This document shows positions 1 to 13,091 of a stretch of DNA of 64,000 nucleotides, piece by piece. Each line of letters opens with the position of its first letter. The first letter of the stretch is position 1. Source of the DNA: Eimeria praecox (taxonomy: Eukaryota); the NCBI GenBank assembly GCA_963920595.1, contig OY986949.1:1364001-1428000 (forward strand), in the 5' to 3' direction. Under the pieces are notes generated by a model, which saw only the letters and a program-made list of their open reading frames with translations, did no database searches and had not been told where the DNA came from. The translations under genes were made by a program, and so were the position numbers.

Positions 1-446
1 TACCTAGCTGGGCCCTCAGCTAGCCGTCCCTTTAGCTAGCTAGCTAGCCCCTCAACTAGCTAGCGAGCACTTCTCCGAGGACCCTGCATTCACAGGTTTT
101 AAATATTTTCTCGAGATACACCCGAGAGGGGCCCGCTCATGTTTGTTAAGCTTTAAAAAATTACTTGGGGGGGGGGGGGCCCTGGTGTCTCCAGAGGGCC
201 CCTCAATGACTAGCAGACATATTAGGGGCCCCGAGGGGCATCCAAGGCCCCCCGCGCCCTTGGAGACACTTTATAGGGGCCCTTAGGGGCCTCAGGCGCC
301 CTATGGGGGGCCCTTAGGGCCCCGTGGGGCCCCGTGGGGCCCTGGAGACACTTTAGGGGCCCCTAGGGGCCTCAAGGGACCCCCGGAAATGTGGAGACAC
401 TTAAGGGGCCCCCTAAGGCCCCTAAGGTCTCTTGAGGCCCTGGAGA

Positions 447-529
447 CACTTGGGGGGCCCCTAGGGGCCCCCCAAGTGCCCTGGAGACACTGGGGGGGCC
501 CCTAGGGGCCCCCCCAGTGTCTCCAGGGC
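447..529. repeat. Two perfect palindromes (447-478, 32 bp; 478-529, 52 bp) in the DAHP synthase 3' flank
   Basis: CACTTGGGGGGCCCCT|AGGGGCCCCCCAAGTG and GCCCTGGAGACACTGGGGGGGCCCCT|AGGGGCCCCCCCAGTGTCTCCAGGGC, read directly. Confidence 0.9.
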
Positions 530-532
530 CTC

Positions 533-2647
533 TTAGGGCGGCTGGGATTGCTGGGGTGGCCCTGTAGATTGCCTGGTAGGGGGGTTGAGTATATTACCTA
601 GGGCATAGCCTACCTCAAGAGACTGTAAATAGTTAAGACGAGGGTCGCAGACAGGCACTGACAACGGGGGGCCCCCAGGGTCGGGGGGGCCCCCCTCACA
701 CTCTAACACGTCTTCTCCTGAGCGCCTCAGCATCAACTAGTTAAGAAAACAAATGGAGAGACAGCTCGCTGCTGCTCTGTCTTAGTGAGAGACAGAGGCC
801 TACTCAAAGAAGAGGAGACATTAGCTGCAGTGTATGTACAGCTGGGGGCACTACTCGGGCGCGTCTGCGGTGTATACGCAGCTAGTAAGTAGTTGAGGTG
901 TACAGGCAGCTAGTAAGTAGTTGAGGTGTATATGCGACTAGTAGTTAGCTGAGGTGTCTGTACAGCTAGTAGTTAGTTGAGGTGTCTCTACAGCTAGTGT
1001 TTAATTGAGGTATCTCTACAGCTAGTAATAAATTGAGGTGTTTCTACAGCTAGTATTTACTTGAGGTGTCTCTACAGCTAGTATTTACTTGAGGTGTCTC
1101 TACAGCTAGTATTTAGTTGGGGTATCTCTACAGCTAGTATATAATTGAGGTGTCTCTACAGCTAGTATTTACTTGAGGTGTCTCTACAGCTAGTATTAAC
1201 TTGAGGTGTCTCTACAGCTAGTATTAAATTGAGGTGTCCCTACAGCTAGTATTTGCTTGAGGTGTCTCTACAGCTAGTATTTACTTGAGGTGTCTCTACA
1301 GCTAGTATTAACTTGAGGTGTCTCTACAATATATTATTAAGTGTGGCGTACCTGTCAGTTCTAGGTGCAGTCCCCCCAGTCTGTCTCCTTTAAGTGCTAG
1401 GACTTCAACAACAATTTGTATTTCTTCGATGATGTCTCTGAGGTGTCTCCTCTTCTGTTGATGAGGCCCTAACGTTGTATTACCATGCATAGGATCGCAG
1501 ACCCATAAAACGGGCGTGTCTGCCTGAAGAGACACCTCAAACAGAAAGGAGACATCCTCTCAATCTCTCTGTCTTTCTCTCTGTCTCTGTCTCTCTCTCT
1601 GTGTGTTTGTGTGTGTTTGTCTCTGTCTGTCTGTCTCTCTGTCTGTCTCTCTGTCTGTCTGTCTCTGTCTCGATGTCTCCTTGTCTCTCTGTGTGTGTCA
1701 TTGTCCTGTTTCTCTGTCTCTCTGTCTCCCTCTGTCTCTCTGTCCCTTTGTCTCTCTGTGTGTGCCTCTGTCTCTCTGTCTCTCTCTGTGTGTGTGTGTG
1801 TGTGTGTGAGTGTGTGTGTGTCTGTCTGTCTGTCTGTCTGTCTGTCCCTCTGTCTCTCTCGGTCCCTCTGTCTCTCTCTGTCTCTCTGTCTCTCTCTGTC
1901 TCTCTGTCTCTCTCTGTCTCCCTCTCTCTCTCTCTGTCTCTTTGTCTCCCTGTGTGTCTCTCTATCCTGTCTCTCTGTCTCGGTGTGTGTCTCTCTGTCC
2001 CTGTGTCTCTCTGTATCTCTCTGTCTCTGTCTCTGTCTCTGTCTCTTTCTCTTTCTCTCTCCGTCTCCGTCTCTGTCTCTCTCTGTCTCCCTCAGTCTCC
2101 GTCTCTGTGCCTCTCTGTCTCTGTCTCTCTGTCTCTCTGTCTCTGTTTCTGTCTCTATCTGTCTCTCTCTGTCTCTGTCTCTCTTCCTCTCTCTGTCTGT
2201 CTCCTCACAAAGCCCCAAACCATGTGCATATTCACGCATGCATGCGCCTGCATGCCGCAAGGACATCAACACTCTAACCTATATACACTGTACAGAAGAA
2301 GCAGAGACAGCTGAAGAAGACACCCTAGGAGACCCCCCAGCAGACACCCTAGGAGACACCTTAGTAGACACCCCAGGAGACACCCTAAGAGACACCCTAA
2401 GAGACACCCCAGGAGACACCCCAGGAGACACCCCAGGAGACACCCCAGGAGACACCCCAGGAGACACCCTAGGAGACACCCTAGGAGACACCCTAGGAGA
2501 CACCCTAGGAGACACCTTAGGAGACAGCCTATGAGCCTCACCGCATGCACCGCCTCGACGAGGGGAGGCAGCTGAGCCCTCACGTGCTGTACGCCCATCC
2601 TGTACAGACAGCAGAAGGACGTGGGGTGTATACGCATGTCTTTATGT

Positions 2648-2713
<66 letters not shown>

Positions 2714-3276
2714 CAGCGATAAGAAGGAGACAGGTGCGCTTCTTAACACAATAGAGCAACAAACAAACAGAAAGAGACAACAAAGAGACACTAAAGAGAC
2801 AGAAGGAGACAGACAAAGACATCCCTACTATATAAACATATTAGAGGCCTCGCTAGACAGGCAGAGACAGATTTAAAGAAAGGAGACATGTTGAATACAG
2901 AAAGAGACAGAGGAGACAGACAGAGGAAACACATAAATATTATAGTATGGAGAGCCCCTAGGTCTACAGTACCAACAGCATTTGGGGGTGCCTATACACC
3001 TCAGGAGGCATACAAAACCTCCTGAGGTGTATAGGCACATCACCTGCTGGTGCTTCAGGGACAGCAGCAGGGGCTGCTGCTACTGCTGCTGGTGCTGCTG
3101 CTGGTGCTTGAGGTGTCTGTCTGTACACCCCACACATACCGAGTAATAAGAGACACCTTGCCCCTCTGTTTATGAGGGTTGAGTCGACGACAAAGAGACA
3201 CTACTTCTTCAGGCTCTGCAGAGGGGCCCACCTTCACACCTATCGGGTTCATGAGGCCCCTAACACACAAAGACAC

Positions 3277-3364
<88 letters not shown>

Positions 3365-5339
3365 GACGTCATGCAAGCATATAGAAGACGAAACTGTCTC
3401 AGGTTCTTTCGCCTTTATGTGTTTAAAGACTCTCTCTCTTTCAGCTCCACAGATACACGAGAGTCCCCCAGGGGGCCCCCCTGGAGCGCCTCCAGGGGGC
3501 CCCTCACAATGCCCCCCCGGAGGCCCCTAGGGGGCCCCTAGGGGGCCCCTGGGAGGCCCCCAGGGGGGCCCCTGAGCGGCCCCGCTATACCCTGTAGGGG
3601 GCTGTAGCTAGGGGCCTACGGACCTGCAGAATTCTACATGGGCGAAATCGAGTTGTCTTGTTCTGTCTCCAATCCAAAGGAAATGAGCGCTGCCTGCAAG
3701 TGTCTGTACACCGCAGATATGAAAGAGGAGAGACAACGTAGCAGCAAAGCAGCAGCAGCAGCAGCAGCAGCAGGAGCTGCAGCAGCAGCTGCTGCTGCTG
3801 CAGGTAACAGGAAGCTGAAAGGAGACAGAGAGAGGCAGCAAACAACCAAGAGAAAACAACCCCCTGCTGTTCCACAGAGAGGGGACACCTTAGAGGCACC
3901 TCAGAGACACCTTAGAGACACCTCAGAGACACCTCAGAGACACCCTAGAGTTACATACACCTTAGAGACACCTCAGAGACACCGTAGAGACACCTCAGAG
4001 ACACCTTAGAGACACCTCAGAGACACCGTAGAGACACCTCAGAGACACCTTAGAGACACCTCAGAGACACCTTAGAGACACCTTACAGTTAGATACACCT
4101 TAGAGACGCCTCAGAGACACCGTAGAGACACCTCAGAGACACCTTAGAGACACCTCAGAGACACCGTAGAGACACCTCAGAGACACCTTAGAGACACCTC
4201 AGAGACACCTTAGAGACACCTTACAGTTAGATACACCTTAGAGACGCCTCAGAGACACCTTAGAGACAACTCAGAGACACCTCAGAGACACCTTAGAGAC
4301 ACCTCAGAGACACCTTAGAGGCACCTTAGAGACACCTCAAAGACACCTTAGAGACACCTTAGAGTTAGATACACCCTAGATACACCTCAGCGACACCTTA
4401 GAGACACCTCAGATACACCTTAGAGACACCTCACTGAAGATAAAGAAGGCACATGCCTCGCCATCGCCTGTTCATACACCAAAAGGAGGGCCTCATGAGA
4501 GGTGTAGATGAGGGGCTGCGACGGAGGAGACACAGGAGACAGCAAAGGAGACAAAAACAAATCTAATAACAACAAACAAACACAGAAAGAGACAGAGGGG
4601 CGGCGGGCAAGCAGGGAACTCCGTAAGGCTTCTTACAGCAGTCACAGGGAGAGACAGTCTCCTCCTGTCTCCCCATCCTGTTTCCTTCATCGTCTCCTTC
4701 TGCTGTGTCTCTGTCTCTGTCTCTGTCTCTCTGTCTCTATCACCATCAACATTCCTGGCTCCGTCTCCTTTGCAAGTGTCTCCCTCCCATCTTCTCTGTG
4801 GGGCTCCTCGTCTACAGAAGGGACAGTGCATCTTCATTTGGGGCTGCATGCGCCCTCTAGGGGCCTCGAAAACACGGGTTAGGTGCTCCCTGAGGTGTAC
4901 AGACACCGCAAACCTGTAGGGGGCCCTCAGCCCTCCTCCCCTGTCTCCTCGGGGGGCCCCTCTGAGGCTAATAACTTAGACAGCCTCTTATGTCAGGGGA
5001 GACAGAAAATATACAACAAGACGTCAGAGAACAACTCGAAAGCTCGGGAGGGTTGGAAGGAGACACCAGAGACAGGAGACAGGGGACAAGAGAAAAGAGA
5101 CAGGAGACAGGAGACAGTTAATGAGAGAAGGAGACAGGGGAGAGGAGACAGCAATAAGAACGATAGAACAGAGAGGCGGAGTAGGAACAACAAAAAGAAG
5201 AAGACAAGGAGACAGACAGAGAGTCAGTAAGAAAGACGAGACACAGATACCTGTAGGAGACAGAGAGAGGCAGCAGGAGACAGAGAAGAGAGAGGCATAG
5301 AGGACAGACATAAACAAAGTAAGAGAGAGAGTTAGTGAA

Positions 5340-5378
<39 letters not shown>

Positions 5379-7141
5379 AAGGAGACAGACAAAGAGAGAG
5401 GAGACACAAAGGAGACAGCACCTTCTCTCTAGACTAAGAGACTGCCTAGGGGCCCATAGAGGAGACGGCGGCGTCCCTTCTTCTGTAGAACATCATAAGA
5501 GCAGCATAATAATAATATTATTATTATTAACAATATTATAAGAATAATAAGCTGAAGGAGGAGACACTTGTCTCTATGTGTCTCCCTATCTCTTGTCTGT
5601 ATTTCTACTGTCTCTGTCTCCTCCTGTCTCCTTAACCTAAGCTCAACATACACCCCAACACACCTGCTAGAAGTCGTCTTAGGAAGTTGAGGGTCGCCGC
5701 TGAGTGAAAGTATGCTGCACACAAAAGAAGAAAGGAGACACTGTCTCTCTTTTTATGTGTCTCCTTTCTTGTCTCCTTCTTATTTGTTTATCTCTCTTCT
5801 TCTCCCTCTCCTTCTGTCTGCTGTCTCCTTTTGTCTCTCTCAGCCTCTCCTTGCTGTCTCCTTCCCTCCTCTTTCTACTGTCTCTTCATCTGCAAGTGTA
5901 TGTCTCTAAGAGCCCTCCTGTATCTTTCTTCTTCTGTCTCCTCCCTGCTGTCTCCTATCTTTATGTTTTTCTCTCTGTCTCTGCCTGCCTCACATGCCCT
6001 GCTGTTTCTGTCTCCTTCTGTCTCCTTCTGTCTCTTTCTGTCTCATCCTGTCTCTTTCTGTCTTCTACTTGTCTCCTTCTGTCTCTTTCTGTCTCCTCCT
6101 AACCTCCCTCTCCCTCAGTGTCTGTCTCCTCCTGTCTCCTCTTTGTCTATTTCTGTCTCCTTCTACTTACGCTATCTCTGTCTCTTTTGTGTCTCCTGTT
6201 GTCTCCTCTTCTTTCCTTTCTATTTCTATTGCTATCCCCTACTGTCTCCTTTTCTATGGTGTCTCCTGCTGTCTCCTTTTCTATGGTGTCTCCTGCTGTC
6301 TCCCTCTCTATGGTGTCTCCTGCTGTCTCCCTTTCTATGGTGTCTCCTGCTGTCTCCCTTTCTATGGTGTCTCCTGCTGTCTCCCTTTCTATGGTGTCTC
6401 CTGCTGTCTCCCTTTCTATGGTGTCTCCTGCTGTCTCCCTTTCTATGGTGTCTCCTGCTGTCTCCCTTTCTATGGTGTCTCCTGCTGTCTCCCTTTCTAT
6501 GGTGTCTCCTGCTGTCTCCCTTTCTATGGTGTCTCCTGCTGTCTCCTTTTCTATATTTTCTATGAGCCCACCAGAGAGCATGCGATCTGGGTTGGAGGCC
6601 TGCAGGGGAGACAGAGAGAAAGAGACAAAAGGAGACAGAGAGACTGCTGAGGGGAAGGGGACAGCAGGAGACAGGCAGAGAAAGAGAGAGAGAGACAGAA
6701 GGAGAGAGAGAGAGACAGCTGAGGGGAAGGGGACAGCAGGAGACAGACAAAGAGAGAGACAGGAGAGAGAGAGAGAGCTGAGGGGAAGGGGACAGCAGGA
6801 GACAGGCAGAGAGAGAGAGCGAGAGAGACGAAAGGAGACAGAGAGACAGCTGAGAAGGGAGGAGACAGGAGGAGACAGAGGGAGAGACAAAAGGAGACAG
6901 AGGGAAGGAGACAGGAGGAGACAGACACACGAAGAGCATACACACGATGAGGAGACACCCAAGAAGTTAACATGCGCAGGAAGGATACAAAAAACAAGAT
7001 AGATAGATAAAGAGAGACAGAAGGAGACAGAAAGATAGAGAAAGAGACAGCAGCAGCAACGCAGGGACTCTAAGGTAACAGGAGAGACAACAGGAGACAG
7101 AGAAGGAGACACAACAAGACAGAGGAAGACCCCACACATAA

Positions 7142-7235
<94 letters not shown>

Positions 7236-7970
7236 CACCAAAGGAGACAGGAGACAGGGGAGAAGGCCTAACCCTGTCGGAGGCGTCTTCCCCATTAACA
7301 GCGTCTCCTTTGTAGGTCGGCACTTCTCTGTCTCCTTGCTGCTCTGTGTTGTTCGTCCTGCAGCAGCAGCAGCAGCAGCACCAACAGCAGCAGCAGCAAC
7401 AGCAGCAGCATCACGAGTAGTAGCAGCAGCAGCAGCAGCCATGGAAGCAACGGCAACAGTCTCAGCCTCAACAGCTACAGCAGCAGCAGCAGCAGCAGCA
7501 GCAAATGCAGCAGCAGCAAGAGCTGCAGCAACTGCAACAGCAGCAACACCAGCAACAACAGCAGCATGCAAGATCAGATGCTGGGGATTGTCTCCCAAAC
7601 CCTAAACCCTAAACCCTAAACCCTAAACCCTAAACCCTTACCTCGGCTTAGCGTACTGCCCCGCTATTCTTCCTACAAGGAAGACAGGCTTCTCTATAAG
7701 GGCCTCAATGAGGGCCCCCAGCTGCAGCAGCAGCCCCGTTGTGCTACGAAGTGTCTCCTCTCTACAGCAGCAAAACCTCTCGGCGCAGGGGCCCCCCTGC
7801 AGCAAGAAGGCCTCGCCCTGCTGCGCCTCAGCTAGCAAAGAAAGGAGACACTCAACCTCTCCAGCAGAGACAAGAGGAGGAAGGGCCTCCAGCTGTCTGT
7901 ACACCTCAGCAATACGATAAGAGGAAACATCAATGAACGGGTCCTGAGCGACAGGCAGACCCTGCAGCAA

Positions 7971-8017
<47 letters not shown>

Positions 8018-8706
8018 AAAAGGAGACAGAAGAAAATAAAACAGAGATTAAACATACACAACAAGGAGACACCTAACATCCCCTTCTCCCTTCTAAATAA
8101 ACACAGCTACCTCCTATATCAGTCAACTCCACAGCACCCAAACTCGTACCCTCAGGGGGCCCCCCAAGGCAAGGGGGCCCCCAAGGGGGGCCCCAAGGGG
8201 GGCCCCTGAATAGGCCCCCAAGGCCTCTTAAAGGGTATCCCCCAAGCAGTCCCTGAAGGGGCCCCCAAAGGGCCCCCAAGGGCCCCATAAGAGGCCTCGA
8301 GGGGGGCCCCAAGGGGCCCCTTCATAGCCCCCAAGGGGCCCCTTCATAGCCCCCAAGGGGCCCCTAAAGGGGCCTCTAAAGGGGCCCCTCAGAGCCTCCG
8401 AAGGGCCCCTAAAGGGGCCTCTAAAGGGGTCCCTAGGGGCCCTCTGAAAGGAGCTTAAAGGGGACTCTATAGATATCCTCCGGGGCCCCACAGAGAGCGT
8501 GCTGCTGCAGCGGGGGGCCCCTGAAGATGTGAGGGAGGGGCAGAGCAGCAAGCAAAGAAGTTTATGAGAGAAGAGGAGACGAGAGGAGAGGAGAGGAGGG
8601 GAGAGGAGGGGAGGTGAGAGTGTGTTTACAACCCCACCATCTTCTTACCCGCCAGCTATCAATACTCCACCTCTTTAAGGCTGCAGCCGTCTCCACTGTC
8701 TCCCCT

Positions 8707-8788
<82 letters not shown>

Positions 8789-9008
8789 GGTTAAAGCTAG
8801 AAGGTGTCTCTTCAGCAGCAGCAGAGGAACCTGTACAGGGGCTTGGGGGCCCCGGGGGGGGCCCTGGGGGCCCTGGGGCCCCCGGGGGGGGCCCTGGGGC
8901 CTCCGTATCGCTGTCTGTTAGGCGACCATAGGAGAGGAAGAGACGGGGGGTTGATGATGCAGCTGTTGAAGGTGTCGAGACACTAGGGCTGCAGCAGGAG
9001 TCCCCCGA

Positions 9009-9051
<43 letters not shown>

Positions 9052-9161
9052 ACTACTGTTGCCGGTTTTGTTGCCTTGACTGCTGCGGGTTCTGCTTCTG
9101 AAGCTACGACTGTTGTTGCCCCTGCTGCTGCTGCTGTTGCTGCTGTTGCTGCTGCTGCTGT

Positions 9162-9209
<48 letters not shown>

Positions 9210-9278
9210 AGTGGTCCGGGGTCTCTTGTCTTTTGCAGCTCTACCTGCATCCCCGCTCCTCGCTCGAGGGGCCCCCAT
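533..9278 (-). CDS. DAHPS: Class II (plant/actinobacterial-type) 3-deoxy-D-arabino-heptulosonate 7-phosphate synthase, shikimate pathway; multi-exon
   Basis: GT-AG exons: 9278-8649, 7961-7642, 7357-7273, 6599-6572, 5714-5664, 5482-5422 (tentative), an unresolved exon near 4800-4990, 4515-4435, 3703-3624, 3259-3140, 2599-2542, 1523-1352, 717-533. Phases match at every junction outside the unresolved region. Class II motifs occur in order: [100 protein letters not shown]. Confidence 0.95.
870..1328. repeat. 28-bp minisatellite (TACAGCTAGTATTTACTTGAGGTGTCTC-like) in the last DAHP synthase intron
   Basis: About 16 tandem, slightly variable units visible. Confidence 0.9.
1565..2205. repeat. Compound (CT/TCTG/GT) microsatellite, intronic
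   Basis: Pyrimidine-rich simple repeats; the source of the spurious SL/RD ORFs. Confidence 0.9.
2318..2528. repeat. 12-bp minisatellite (GGAGACACCCYA)
   Basis: Tandem units visible directly. Confidence 0.9.
2988..3038. repeat. Perfect inverted repeat, 21-bp stem and 9-nt loop, intronic
   Basis: GTGCCTATACACCTCAGGAGG-catacaaaa-CCTCCTGAGGTGTATAGGCAC. Confidence 0.9.
3884..4432. repeat. 11-bp minisatellite (AGAGACACCTY) with higher-order structure, intronic
   Basis: Tandem AGAGACACCTC/AGAGACACCTT units, periodically interrupted by GTTAGATACACC. Confidence 0.9.
6242..6555. repeat. 27-bp minisatellite (TTTCTATGGTGTCTCCTGCTGTCTCCC), intronic
   Basis: About 11 near-identical units; translates as the spurious ETAGDTIER repeat. 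Confidence 0.9.
7597..7638. repeat. Telomere-like (AAACCCT)n at the donor of DAHP synthase intron 2
   Basis: On the minus strand the array begins directly after the donor (GTAAGGGTTTAGGG). Confidence 0.9.
8155..8445. repeat. GGGGCCCC-core degenerate repeats in DAHP synthase intron 1
   Basis: Repeated AAGGGGGCCCC-like self-complementary units. Confidence 0.8.
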
Positions 9279-9761
9279 TGTTGGGGGCCCCCAGGTCTTG
9301 AGAGGCGAGAAGGAAGGAGACTAGGGGCCCCCTGGTTGTTTTATTCTAGGGTACAGCTACCTACACGGGGGCCCCTGTGGAAGGGGGGAGAGGGGGGGGG
9401 GAGGGGCCCTCCTCCCCTGCTGCTGCAGTTGAAAGAGAAGTTTAGTAGGAGACAACAAATTTAATATTTAAATAAACAAATTAAAAAAGAAGAAAAATTA
9501 TGTGTACACCTGAAAAAGAAGAAGGAGACAGGGCCCCTCCCCTAGGGTACAGCAGTTCCTGGGGGGCCCCCTGCCGGGGCCCCCCGAGGGTCACTAGAAG
9601 GGCCCCCAGGGGGGGGGCCCCCCGGGCCCCCCCCCCCTGGGGGCCCCCGGGGGGCCCTCAGGCCCCTGCAGTGTCTCTAAATATATTTAAAGAGAATAAA
9701 TAAATAAATAAAGTCTGCTTACGCCTTCGATTCCTCCAACCATTCTTCTGTCTCCTCCTAA

Positions 9762-10708
9762 AGGAGACACTTTATAGAGAGGAGACACCTTCTATAGAGG
9801 AGACACCTTCTATAGAGGAGACACTTTCTATAGAGGAGACACCTTCTATAGAGGAGACACCCTCTATAGAGGAGACACCCTCTATAGAGGAGACACTTTC
9901 TATAGAGGAGACACTTTCTATAGAGGAGACACTTTCTATAGAGGAGACACCTTCTATAGAGGAGACACCCTCTATAGAGGAGACACTTTCTATAGAGGAG
10001 ACACCTTCTATAAGGGGGACACCTTCTATGGAGGAGACACCTTCTATAGAGGAGACAGAGGAGGTGTCTCCTGTATAGAAAGTGTCTCCCTTCCAGGAGG
10101 TGTCTCCTTTAAGGAGACACTTTCTATAAAGGAGACACTATCTATAGAGGAGACACTATCTATAGAGGAGACACTATCTATAAAGGAGACACTATCTATA
10201 GAGGAGACACTATCTATAGAGGAGGCACTATCTATAGAGGAGACACTATCTATAGAGGAGGCACTATCTATAGAGGAGACACTTTCTATAGAGGAGACAC
10301 TATCTATAGAGGAGACACTATCTATAGAGGAGACACTATCTATAAAGGAGACACTATCTATAGAGGAGACACTATCTATAGAGGAGGCACTATCTATAGA
10401 GGAGACACTTTCTATAGAGGAGACACTATCTATAGAGGAGGCACTATCTATAGAGGAGACACTATCTATAAAGGAGACACTATCTACAGAGGAGACACTA
10501 TCTATAGAGGAGACACTATCTATAAAGGAGACACTATCTACAGAGGAGACACTATCTATAGAGGAGACACTATCTATAGAGGAGACACTATCTATAAAGG
10601 AGACACTATCTACAGAGGAGACACTATCTATAGAGGAGACACTATCTATAGAGGAGACACTATCTATAGAGGAGACACTATCTATAGAGGAGACACCTCC
10701 TCTGTCTT
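9762..10708. repeat. 18-bp minisatellite (TATAGAGGAGACACTATC-like) with an internal inverted segment
   Basis: Roughly 50 units; orientation flips at about 10053-10110. Confidence 0.9.
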
Positions 10709-11165
10709 AGCCTTAAGACTGTCTCTTTCTGTGTTGTGTATGACATGATAGTTAAATATTTTACTAGAATTAATTAATTTTAAATATATATAATTAAATA
10801 TAATTAATTGTTTTAGTGTTTTCTATTATTTAATAAATATTTAATAAATATTTAATTATCTAATTGTTGTTTCTTCTGTCTCTCTTTTGGAGACAGTCTC
10901 CTACAATATTCAAATACTACAAATTTATATTTTTCTTGTTTTTCTTTTATTATTTTCTTATATATCTTCTCCTCTAATTACTCTATGCATGCAGAGTGTT
11001 GTAATATATTTTATTTAAAGGGATTGATGTCTTCTTCAAACAATATAAATAAATGAAAAGATAAGGAGACACCTCGTTGCCCCACAGCTGTGGAGACAGT
11101 CGCATTGGGTATGTCCTTAAGGGAGAGGGCCTTCTTCGTAATTTGTACCTCAGGTATATATATAA

Positions 11166-11232
<67 letters not shown>

Positions 11233-11679
11233 AACCTTTTCTCGAACTTCTTTGTAATTATTTATTTCTTCTGTTTAATGTTATATAGCGGGGCATTCAG
11301 GTGTATAGGCAGCTATTTACAAATGTTTATAAGAGGCCACGAGAGAGTTAAACAATAACAAAAAGGAGACAGAAGAATTAGATTCCCCCCGCCCCCCTCT
11401 CCATACACCTCAGGGTTTCTAAGGACAGCTAACAACAAGCCTGCTGCTGTTGTAAAGAAAGGAGACAGCCATTCAATGAAGTGTCTCCTTTATACCTTTG
11501 CTGCTTCTGCTGCTGCTGCTGCTGCTGCTGTTGCTGTTGCTGCAGCAAGACAGCCCCGCATGCAAGCAACATAGTCCCCTTCCTTTCATATCTATCTCTC
11601 TATTTATTTTTCATAATTTATTCTACTAACAAACTAAACACAAACTCATATAACAACGAGGAGAAACACCCTATGAGGG

Positions 11680-11710
<31 letters not shown>

Positions 11711-11711
11711 A

Positions 11712-11752
<41 letters not shown>

Positions 11753-11956
11753 ATTCTGCTGCTGCTGCTGCTGCAGGGGAAGACCCCTGCCTCACAACAG
11801 CTGTATAGGAGCTATTGTAGCAGCAAGTCTTTCTTGCTGTGAGACACCCCACGGTGTATGGGCTGTGTGAAAGGCTAGAAGAAGTTGTTGGTTATAAGAA
11901 ATATATTAGTAAGGATTAATGTGTTAGGCTAAAGGTGCCCCCAGGGTGTACGTGTT

Positions 11957-12069
<113 letters not shown>

Positions 12070-12120
12070 ATATATGTACGTACGCAGGTGTATCTTTATA
12101 CAGGTGTATCTTTATATATG

Positions 12121-12160
<40 letters not shown>

Positions 12161-12190
12161 TATGTATGTATATATACATATATATATATA

Positions 12191-12231
<41 letters not shown>

Positions 12232-13036
12232 ATATATATACATACATGTATTCTTCTCTACGAATTATTCTCTCTGACTACACCGCCGGGCCCGCTAGGA
12301 ATTCCCTTGAGTATGATTTTTATTAATGTTTAAATATAATTAAATAAAAAATAAATTAAATATGTTATAATGAAGAAAGGAGACAGTTAGAGTATATACA
12401 CGAGGAGAGAATACGGTGGGGTGACCTGCAACATGTGTGTATGTTTGTTTGTTGTTTATAGTGTGTGTTTTTTATTGAAATAAATAAATAAATAATATTG
12501 AAATATAAAATAAATATAATATATTAATTAATTATACAGAAATAACACAATACATAGGAGCTAAAGCCCCCTAATTGTTGCGTGTAGAGAGCGAATCTCG
12601 CGCAGACAGCGACAGGCAGCAATGGCGGTTGGAAGGAGTTTGTTTGTGATTTAAAACCTTCTTTATTCTTTTCTTTTTTATTTATTTATATTAATTAATT
12701 AAACACAGGTGTTTATATATATTAAATTAATTAGTTCAGAGGTAGAGGGCCCCTCTCTCTCTCTATATATATATATATATTTATATATATATTTATACTT
12801 TCAAGACAGGCTCAAGCTTGATATTATAGAAGACGCCGCCCACCCCACAAATAAATAAATTTAGAGTATCCCATTCTTTCTCTTCTTTTTATTCTTTCTC
12901 TTTATTTTCTTCTTTAAATATTATTTAGTTTTAATTACAATCCCATATATATATATTTATATGTATACTGCGAGACTCCCCTACAGAGGCCTCAGACCCC
13001 CTTCAGATACAGGAGCCCACGCCCGTGGTGAGCTCG

Positions 13037-13091
<55 letters not shown>

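Noticed and set aside
1469..2534. Long SL/RD/YI/polyC/polyL ORFs here and throughout the ORF track
   Set aside because: They are stop-free translations of microsatellites in introns or antisense to real genes.
533..9278. Bacterial contamination or recent horizontal transfer of DAHP synthase
   Set aside because: The gene has about a dozen spliceosomal introns and host-type repeats, and class II DAHP synthase is already known in coccidia.
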